A stretch of 61,906 nucleotides of DNA, filler included, from Choristocarpus tenellus KU-1152 (lineage: Eukaryota; Protista; Phaeophyceae): NCBI GenBank assembly GCA_964200185.2. It is 11 parts of 11 records of this genome, joined end to end, with 100 filler letters (N's around TTAATTAATTAA, not from the genome) between each part and the next. Parts side by side here need not be neighbours in the genome. Positions count along the whole stretch, not along the records: positions 52,372 to 59,296 come from CAXNAD020007045.1; positions 59,397 to 61,906 come from CAXNAD020027206.1; 9 more parts are not named here. One strand, given 5' to 3'. Position 1 is the stretch's first letter, and each line of letters starts with the position of its first letter. Of the stretch, positions 52,378 to 61,906 are shown one piece after another. The translations under genes and the position numbers were made by a program. The notes beneath the pieces were generated by a model. It had not been told where the DNA came from. It saw nothing but the letters and a program-made list of their open reading frames with translations, and did no database searches.

Positions 52378-52558
52378 GGGTTAAAGTATCGGTGGGGGGG
52401 GGATGGCGGCTGTCGATTTGGGGTCAATTTTTTCATGTCGCGATTTTTGGGCGATTTGGTTGCATACGCCGGATGGATGACGTAAATCCACTTTTCCTAA
52501 TTTTGACCAAAATGGACACCCTGGTGTAGACCCCCCCCTCCCCCAGATACTTTGGCCC
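52378..52558 (+). mobile_element. MITE family A
   Basis: GGGTTAAAGTATC..G(n)...ggacaccctggtgtaga-C(n)-AGATACTTTGGCCC. Confidence 0.85.
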
Positions 52559-53595
52559 ACAACACCGATTCTTTAAATCCAGTCTCCCTCACCCCTTAAC
52601 CCCATAAATCATATCGACACCTTACCTCTAAAACAACCTCACGACCTCATAGTGAACAATGACAATACGGACCTGTGCTTTGTGGGAGCATACAGGATTC
52701 AGAACAATAGGATGAGAAAGCTATTGACGACTAACACAATAAATCGCTGTAATTCGCTTGCTGCGAAGTTTATGAGGTGACCCGACTTGGCCAAGGTCGA
52801 AAACTTAGCTATGATAGGGTTGGCAAGACCAAGAGTATTTTTGTTTTGTTTTTACGGAGGGGAAGAGGTCGCCCAAACCAATACGGGAAAAGTCGACCTT
52901 GGAGAAGGGTCAGTTCATCCTCTCCAATCCTCTAATTAGTGCCGTAGGAGGTCAGACGTGTGACAGTATCTGGTAGTGAGTAGCAAAATTTGGTTAGGTA
53001 GTAGTAATTTTCAACTCCTGTAGCGAAACAAAAGAGCGATAACCTCAAAATATAATAATTGTTGTCTTTAGTATTTGGTTTTACGTTAAAGCATCATATT
53101 ATAGTGACCCCTGGGATATGAAGAGGAAAAGCTCACTGTATCGTGTGGGCTAACCGTATCTATTTTCTTCTCATTATTATTAATGGACACACTGCTGGTG
53201 CGACCCTAGGTGGATGCATAGTAAGCCCAAAGGAATCCTATTGGAGAATCTTGCCCATGGGCTTGGTAGAGCCACCCAGTACAGTGGGTAAGAAGTTGGT
53301 AACCCAAAGTGCACTTGGCATTGAGTACTTTGTAACCAACCGTTGTGCTTGACTGCAATGGAATCGAATGCCCTTCCCCAGTTAATCCATATCTGAACGA
53401 TACTAAGAAGAAGCAAACACTCACATATGACAGAGAGAAACACCTCGCACACATACCCTACTATATCTCCAGTGCAGCAACTAAAACTTCTTGTCAGTCC
53501 TCCCACAAGTATAAGGATGACTACCACATTCCTACAATTCCGATAAATGCAACATATCTTTCACCGTATCAAATCAACTACCCACAGTCTCAACA

Positions 53596-53621
53596 TCTCT
53601 CTCTCTCTCTCTCTCTCTCTC
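53596..53621. repeat. (TC)n microsatellite; a family B MITE fragment follows at ~53644-53690
   Basis: Direct reading. Confidence 0.85.
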
Positions 53622-54644
53622 AGCCTTAAGTTTTGTGTTAGAGTCTTAGAGGGTAGAGCTGCGTCCGTTTGAGGTCCAAAATCCATGTTACCCTACTACT
53701 AAAAAAAAGAAGATTTTTTCAAGTTAGTTTATTAAATATTAATATTTTTTTACTCAAAAATGAAAAACAAATTAAAAGGAGATGAAAATTCCACAAGTGG
53801 GCAAACCATTTCTAGATGTGCTTCTCCTTATTTTTAACAGACTCCTGGTGGCCCTGCAAATGTTTCATTTTCGAGTCTCCCTCCCTTGAGTGTGAGGCCA
53901 CATTGATTCTGCCGCCCTCGCTTCTTCTCATCTCTTCTCTCTCAGGGTCAAAAACGGACTCCGGCACCCCTCCCCCCAGATACTCTGATCCTCCTGTTCG
54001 CACACATTATCTGAGCGAACCAGGAAACTAGCTCCAAGAGGAGTCCAACTATCAAATTCTATACCGTAACACAATTACAACTATACAACCTTGGAGTTTA
54101 TTGTCAAGAGTTAGATGATGACTAATTTCCCATTTTGTATACTATCAATGCAGTCAGAGTATATATCATCAGAACCTGCATAAGAGCATACCTAGAGAGT
54201 TTCACATCAATAGCTGCGAGCACAAGCAAACTAAAGTGGAACTAGGAAGGTCTTATGGATCTATTCAACAACTCAAATGAAACAGAAAATATACACTTTC
54301 TTCCACGTATAAGGTTGCTGATAGACGGATATCAAGTCCACATTTTATTACCATATTGTACAACAAATACACCAGTCCTTCGTAATATGACTTCCGTAAC
54401 TACCATCCACAATATTTTTATATATACAAGCTTTCATCATTTTCTTTGGTGTAGTCCTTGTATCCCGCTGTTGTGGTGGGCTTTCATGTAGAAGGCTGTC
54501 ATGTTAAAATGGAAGACAATTCATGTGACCGTAAGACTAGGCACAATGAGACCAACCATTAGTTTTTCTTTCTCTTACTTGGCAGGGGGTAGTTAGGGAC
54601 ATCATGGAGGACACTCAGAATAATACAGAAAAACCAAAACTCAA

Positions 54645-54661
54645 ACACACAGACACACACA

Positions 54662-54713
<52 letters not shown>
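54645..54713. repeat. (CA)n microsatellite
   Basis: Direct reading. Confidence 0.95.
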
Positions 54714-54715
<2 letters not shown>

Positions 54716-55754
54716 ATTATGGAATTTGAATAATTAACATTATCCCCATGAAACCTTCGCTTCATTCAAGATTCAACTCCCCCCCAAAATGGAAGCTGCA
54801 AGGGATAGGGCTAATGTTAGATCCGAGTTGGCAGCATTAGCCCCCAAAGTCGACCCCCACCTGCTGGAGAGCTTTAACCTCTCGGCAATAAACTGCTTTG
54901 AGTTATGGGAGAAAAATACTTGATGCAACAGCGATGGGCTAATCACTGGCTGATGCTCTCGCCACTCTTCCTCTCCTTAAGAATTATGATAGATTAAAAC
55001 AAAAGCAATGAAATTCAGTATCCCCATATGGATCCTTGTGTTGTGCTGCACATTTCATCCATCACCAGGTAGAGGCTACATCGGCATTTATGCCCAGTGA
55101 AGTTTGGTGTGCTCAAAGTACGAGACAGAGAATAGTGTTGTAGGTGCCCCTCATGGAGTGCCATATGGGTAATGTGTGTGGATAGGCACACACTGAATAC
55201 TGTCTGTGATAATATAAACTTTACGATCTGCAACCTACAAAACCGTAACAATAAGGACAGTGCGACTGTCCCCTCAAAGGTCATGTATGACCTCTATGAC
55301 ATCAAATTCACAAATGAAAAATCGAACTTGTTCTTGTTTCTATTTGCAATAATAAATGAACTCCATGCTGGGAAATGAAGTCGTGTACTGACATATATAT
55401 TTAATTCAACGTTTTTCAACCAAAACATGCCTGGATATCCAGGTGTTTTGGAGGTGTCTTTTTTAGGACGAAAAAAATTATTTGCGATTTACTCGGAGTA
55501 GTAGAGAAGCGAAGGGAAGGGACTTTCTGCAAACAGGTGAGCAAAGTCTTCAATTATCAAATGGAAACCTTTTTTTTATTAACTTTTTCAGAAAATTCCC
55601 CTGATCACCTGTACACGTTCTTCAGCGTTAGATAAATAGCATAGGTAACGTTTAGGTGCGTATTATTTTTTTTTAATGCACTATGGAAATTGTACATACG
55701 GTATTTGTACATCATTCATATAAAAATATTTTATACCTTTTTCATTTGTTAGTG

Positions 55755-55935
55755 TTTATTTTTATGCCCTATGACATTTTGCAGACGTGTCAGGGGAAAA
55801 ACCAATGAAAACTGTTCACATATCAGAAAAATCCCTAAAAAAGTAACAGTTGTCAAAAGATGAAAAACATTAATCTATTTGCTATTTTACTACCAGCTAG
55901 GATGTACCACTGCCTTCCTGTGCCTGCAACCTAGT
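55755..55935 (-). mobile_element. 3' UTR fragment of the RLE-LINE family
   Basis: tgacattttgcagacgtgtcaggggaaaaaccaatgaaaact...actgccttcctgtg matches 5280-5430. Confidence 0.75.
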
Positions 55936-57158
55936 TATTCCTGCACCCCAGGGTGAGTGTTTATAACATGAGATATATTTACTGTGAGCATACTAAGTAT
56001 GCACCGTTTCACAATATATGCTTCAACGTACATGATAATTCGTGTGTTAGGTGTGATACTATCGAAGTATATATGTCGGCCTTTAGTTTTAGTATATAAA
56101 TATGTACTATTTCTGTGTATGTTCATGAGATGAATATGTGTACTATTTCTCCAAAGATATATAAATAATTCGAAGTACACATATAGTGTTGAACATCCAC
56201 AGGTACACAGTACACTTGCTGCATCTAATGATAGGCCAATAGAGAAGCAATGTACACAAAATATTGTAACTTCCGAGCTTTAAGGGATTGTAGTATAGCT
56301 GATATTGAAACAGGAAATAGGTTTTGGAAAGGTATCTTTTACATTTACGACAACTGCTACGTTTACAGGGTCCTTGTGGTCTTGGTTTGGTCTTTTCCCT
56401 CACACACCTGCAAAATATCAGAGGGCATAATAATACATAGTTACACATAGATTACAACTTTTGTTGATACTAAGGTGTACTGTATACATAAAAAAAAGTG
56501 TGCATGACAATCTTGTAGAAGTTGGTTGCATGATCTGGTTTGATTTATATACAAATAGTTGTTCGTCACAACAGGGAAGATCTAAGTTGCAGAGCCTTGA
56601 AAACAGAATGGAACAAGATCCGTAAGAAACCAATTGAACAACGCATGTTGTTGGCTTGGGAAATAAGGACCGTCAATTTAGCCAAAGGCTGACGTCTAAT
56701 CCTACTAAGACCAGCAGAGGCAAGAAGTAGCAAAAGCAGAATTGCAGTAGTAACCCATGGACTTTTGGAATTTCGACATTTCGACTCACAATGTGCCTTC
56801 AAGAACTGAGAACCCTCGAGAATACTAATCATGACAGGAACATTTCACCTTGTGCACATCATTTTGACGGACTGGTTCCCCTAGATCTCCACGAAGATAC
56901 CATGCCATGTTGTTTGAAGGGGGTTTGGAGCACCGTATTATTCCTTACTCTGATAATTTCCTGTTTCTAGTGCTCTTTTAGTGAAGAATTCGAACTAACT
57001 ACTGGCTGTGACAAGAACCACCATGTAAGCTTGGTGTCTTATACACAATCTATCCTCTGACAACAAAGTATTGTATGCATGGTGTGTGTTGTACTGGTGG
57101 TGTGTTTCCTGCAATGGTCTCTTATTACAACCCTACCATTACTCATGCGCCCCAAGCA

Positions 57159-58848
57159 TTACCTAAGGGTGGAGGCTGGGGCAACTAAGGCGCGGGCGCC
57201 AGCTACATCCCTTGGTGTACACCCAGACAAGTTACTGGCGTCAAGGTTTCCCCCTGCTCCCTCCAGCACTGCAGCAGCTGCTACATTTGCATAGGCCATA
57301 GCAAAGTGCGCAGGTGTGTTGCCATCAGCATCAGATTGATTTGGGTCTGCCCCAGCATCAAGTAGCATGTTGATAATCTCCTCAACACCAGCAGCGGCAG
57401 CCAACATAAGTGGGGTACGGCAACGTGAGTCTAATGAGTCCACAATTGCTCCCCTAGAGACAAGTGTTCGGCACACAACCAAATAGCCCAGGACACGGTC
57501 CTGAGCCTTGTTGTCGGCCAGCAACCCTCTTTGTGACCCCTGTGACCTTTGCTGGTCCATTGAAGTATTCTCTGCAAGGCTAGAAGTTCCTCTGAGTCCA
57601 ACCTTCAACAATTCCCTTTTCTTTCCATTCGAGCAGCACATTCTGGAGAAAAGAGATCGAGGTGTCTGCCAACGGGCAGACCCAAGTCGTTGAGGGTTGA
57701 CACTCAACCGTATCTCATTCTGTAGGCCACCACGAGGCAAGGGGGGATGACAAGGCAGAGTCACATCAAGTCCTTTTACCCTGGCAGCAAGCCCTGACAT
57801 GCAGGCATGAAGGGGGGTGAAGCCCAGACCCGAAGTCTTGTCGTTGACATCTGGCCAGGCCCAAGGCACACCCAGTCCCACCTTTGGATGGCTTGCACTT
57901 TCCTGGCAGGCTCTCAACACACCACTGACTTGTCCTAGTGCAGCGAATTCCCAAAGGGTTGTCATGGCTGCCCGGGTCGATTCTGTGCTGCTAGTATGTT
58001 GATGGGAAAATGAGCTCACGACAATTAGTTCACATTGAAAGAGCAGGTTAGGATGGGGGTCAATGCCTGTGTGACAAGTACTATTGTTGACTGTTGAAGA
58101 AGGACCGAAACAATAATCTAAGAAGGAGTTTAATAGGAACGTGTTTTTGCATATTTCAAAGAATCATACACACACATATATACACGAATATTTGTGGGTG
58201 TATGATTTTCACAACTTGAATTTTTTCTCTCATTGCGCCGTACATATCTTGATGAACTTGGAGGAAATATGTCCCTGTGACTCTGGTTGATTCTTCATCA
58301 CTAGAAAGTATGCACCATGTTAAGCCTGACCATTAAGATGGAGTATTGCAACTGCATTTATTCAGTTGTGCCAACGAGGAACATAGGCCAAAACCATAAT
58401 TTTCAATCTCATTTGACTGACAGATACGCTCGAGGTCAAATGTACATCTTCACTCTGACCATTTTAGGAAAGGAGGGGCCATCCCACTGAGGGACCACCT
58501 GACTCACATGGCCAGGCCGGGCGGCGTGATGCCAGCATTGTTCCGTCTCCTCCTCAGCTGGCCAACATCAGCATCCCAATAAGAAAGAAGTCTAGTTGTG
58601 TCTTCATTATCACCCCTGGCAGCAAAATGCAGAGTATTCCAACCATGTTGGGGAGTGGAAACATAGAGACTGGCACCGGCTGTCAATAGGCAAAGCACCA
58701 CCCGTGGCTCCCCAGCTTTTGCTGCCACATGCAGTGGTCTTAGTCCATCATTGTCTTCTGCTTCTAAGTCAGCACCATGGGTGGTAAGGAGGGACACAAT
58801 ATCGGTCACAACTGCTCCCACTCCCACAAGGTGTTTCCAAACCTGTCC
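57159..58848 (-). CDS. Ankyrin-repeat protein, last two exons (58848-58508, 57990-57159)
   Basis: GADLEAEDNDGLRPLHVAA, GWNTLHFAA, GFTPLHAC, RTPLMLAAAAG, GADPNQSDADGNTPAHFA; phase-2 GT-AG join at a TAGCAG tandem acceptor. Confidence 0.9.
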
Positions 58849-59135
58849 CTGGGTCAAAGGTATTTCAAGATCAACATTTTTCTTCTGCATGACATATGTG
58901 TATTCTGAGATCTTATTGTGTCCTATTCAAGGTATGCCCCCTACACTGATATGCCCAGATAATAGATTGAAGTACACTCTTTAGTATATTTCAAAACGGT
59001 GTTGAGCCAAAATAAACGAGAGGCAACCAGTTTTCGCATTTTGATTGAAGCTGAAAAATGCACAAAATTCGGCTTTCTGTACTATAAAAATTACACGAGC
59101 TTTTCTTTTGAACCTCGTCGAAAATTTTCAAGCAA

Positions 59136-59296
59136 GGGTCGAAGTATCTGGGGGGAGGGTGTCAGCGTCCGTTTTTTACCCTTTTTTCGATTTTCACTTT
59201 TTTTTTGGTGTGATTTGGTCGCACGTGTCGGATTTGAAATGTCAGCAAAAAAAAGAGTCGATTGACCGAAACAGACGCCCCCTCACAAACCACCCC
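59136..59296 (+). mobile_element. MITE family C copy cut by the contig end
   Basis: GGGTCGAAGTATCTGGGGG; interior nearly identical to 42118-42299. Confidence 0.9.
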
Positions 59297-61866
59297 NNNN
59301 NNNNNNNNNNNNNNNNNNNNNNNNNNNNNNNNNNNNNNNNTTAATTAATTAANNNNNNNNNNNNNNNNNNNNNNNNNNNNNNNNNNNNNNNNNNNNATTC
59401 TTGATGTAGCCAGATCTTGAAACACGAATTCCAAGCCTTTGACTTCGACGGTTCTCTTTCACCATGAGTCGTCCTTCCCACAGATAGCATCGCGTGAGCA
59501 GGGTGTATCCTGCTGTGCATGATTTACATCCTTGATTTGTAATTGTGTGTACAGAGTAGCATAGGCATGTAGTATTTGTTTTGTCCCATGGAGTTCTGTC
59601 ATCTTGCAAACGTTATTGCTAGTAGCCGCCATTAGAAAGAGGTGATGTTACACGTGTGTGGAAGTGTTTAGACCATTTAGAGGTCTACAAAGACTTCATT
59701 GTGTGCCTAGAAATATGGCTAACGTGCACAGAATGCTTCTGGCATCTGTGGGGTGTTCAGTGCTGGTTCGATTTTTTTTTCAGAAAACAAGGTAGTCCTG
59801 AATATCATAGTCAACATCATTCCTCTATTTGTTGGCGGGAAGGTAAAGAATCAATTGTTTGCCCCTTCGTTTGTTGTAGTTGTACCTTTTGCCTCCTCTA
59901 TCACCCCAATTCATGCTCTTATGTGTCAGTCCGCTTTGCCATGAGATAGAAGGGCAAACACAAACACAATTGTGCGAAATTGTAGGAGTGTAAACCTAGC
60001 CACAGCTGTGATGCTGGTGCCCAAACGTCTCACACTCGCTCCCTCTGCCCTTACACTTTCTTGACCTATATTTGATACTCATTCTAATCACACAACAATC
60101 ATGGAAATGTTGATGTTACTGTATTCACACACAGGGCTCAGGTTGCTTTGACACCTCCCACAAGATGCGCCCGCCAGCCTGGACAGATCGTATCCTCCAC
60201 TCCCCAGGTGCTCCCTGGGGAGTTAGGCCTCTGCGATATGAGAGTGTAGCTGGGTCAAGGCACAGTGATCACCGTCCTGTATTGGCCACATTTGATGTGG
60301 TGCTTGAAGAGTGAAGTGGGGGGTGTCGAAGAATATAGGGAATAGTGGATGGAGTTGGGTCTTTCACAGGTGTAGTTGTCAAATTGTTTATCTTTTGGTG
60401 ACTAGTTTGCGTTGATGAGGTGACTTGAACTACAATGTGTTGATTTACAACGCCTGGTCACTACTGGGAAAAAGTACAAATATAACTTAGTTGACACTAT
60501 CGTTAGTATTAATAGTAACAAACGGTAGCTTTCTCATTATGAGAGATGCAAGTTTGCTTCAAAGTAGGATTACTCCTCCCCCTGCCTATACACTTGAGGA
60601 AACAAAAAAAACGTGTCTGTATTATTCAATCCATATACAATGATGAACACTCCTACAGGTGAATAGACCAAGATTTCACACTTGCCTTCTCAGGCTGTTG
60701 TTGTGAATGGATTGAGCTCAAGTTGGGTTCAATTGTGATATTTGCGTAGGCTAAGAGTGCTGATTCATGTAGGGTTTGCTTGTGCAAAGACCCAGACGAC
60801 TCATGCTCAGGCAGAACATGAAAGGTTTCCCATTAAAGAGTTCTGACTGATGGAAACAAAACGTCTTGGTTGTGGTTTAAGAGGTATAGTGAACTGACAG
60901 TAAGCAGTAGTTGATTGCAACACATTTATTTGCAATTAAGGTAGGTCGGTTGTCCGGATGCATACCCTCCATACGAGAGAGGACACGACTGTTGTGTGTG
61001 TGCAAACACTGCAGCTTCTGATTGAGAACAGTTTGGCTTGTGACCCTGAAACATGTGCTGACGTCATCCAGGCAAACATGTCAAACGCCCTGTTTTGTCT
61101 CAATCGCTCTTGTTACGGAAATATTCAACACATTTTCGAGCATTTTGACTACCACCTAAACGTCGTACCGAGAGTAGTTCATACACAAGAGATTTTGGAG
61201 TTTGCATACTGTCTTTGAGAGTATTAGGTTAATAATGCTGTTGCCCTATGACCTCACCAGCCTTCAACAGTGTACAGGAAGGAAGTTGCCCATATGTTCA
61301 ACGCATTGAAACATGATCTCTATTGTTGTGTGCTGTCTATGATCACTCGAAAGAGTTGTAACATTATTAAGTGGTAATGAGTACGAGAATCATTCGGCGT
61401 GATTACTTCTATGATACTCATTTCCACTTGGACTCTGATCATCAATCATACTAATGGGAGAGGGTAACGGGGGACTATTTTACTGTCAACAAGACACTCA
61501 GGCATTTCTAATAAATCGGGTTGACACAGAGTTCATAACGTTTCTAACACTGTTTACGAATCTTATCCAATCCAATATTATTCTCACTCTGTGGTAAGGA
61601 GAAGAGCACTGTGCAGTTCCACATAATCACATTTCCCAGGTCAAGTTTGTTTTGCTCCATCTCTTTCAGTGCGTCATTCAGACAAGGGAAAGCAATCAAC
61701 AGACACATCCACCTTACTATATTGCGAACAACTCTTATGGACCCTGGTTCTGTGTGATGAAGGGTGTGAGAACCACCAGAGATGAGGTTCAGAAAGAAAG
61801 TGAGAGATGAGACTAGGGCATGCTGGGTGTATATTGACAGCCTCACAATAGCATGACGATCAATCT

Positions 61867-61896
61867 GACCCAAAGTATCTTGGGGGGGGGGGGGGC
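61867..61896 (+). mobile_element. Start of another shared-TIR MITE; isolated termini also at 8820, 34218 and 37498
   Basis: GACCCAAAGTATCTT followed by poly-G. Confidence 0.7.
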
Positions 61897-61906
61897 TAGG
61901 CCAGGG

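Noticed and set aside
59397-61860. Exon-like pieces on the minus strand (about 61580-61830, 61255-61320, 60690-60840)
   Set aside because: Could not be joined in phase and no recognisable domain; separated from the ankyrin gene by a linker.
1-61906. Operon-like or defence-island reading of the AAA ATPase, methyltransferase and ankyrin genes
   Set aside because: The genes lie on different concatenated contigs and are spliced eukaryotic genes; their adjacency is artificial.

Overview
Eukaryotic draft-genome window. It is not one locus: 11 separate pieces are joined by an artificial linker (44 N + TTAATTAATTAA + 44 N), so neighbourhood across linkers is meaningless. Intron-rich genes, signal peptides ending in an ASAFAP-like 'A-F' motif and TTAGGG repeats suggest a photosynthetic stramenopile, probably brown-alga-like (inference). 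Recognisable genes: the C-terminal part of a tandem CbbX/SpoVK-type AAA+ ATPase (6 exons), the last exon of aspartate-semialdehyde dehydrogenase, two exons of MAF1, a complete 3-exon NDUFAF7/MidA-family methyltransferase, a plastid CGL160/AtpI-like gene, an ankyrin-repeat gene and several unassigned exons. The rest is a layered transposon landscape: a DD39D mariner with CTCCCT TIRs and a TA TSD carrying solo-LTR-like insertions, a second decayed mariner, a MULE remnant, 3' ends of an RLE (CRE-like) LINE and an intronic solo LTR. The most distinctive signal is a set of at least three short non-autonomous families with different interiors that share one terminal repeat (G-R-S-Y-CAAAGTATCT) and 4-bp TSDs, consistent with Sola2-type mobilisation. 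They nest in themselves, break an exon, carry poly-G/C tracts and telomeric insertions, and sit at many contig breaks. I found no CRISPR array, intact tRNA or rRNA gene, or clear prokaryote-style novel system.
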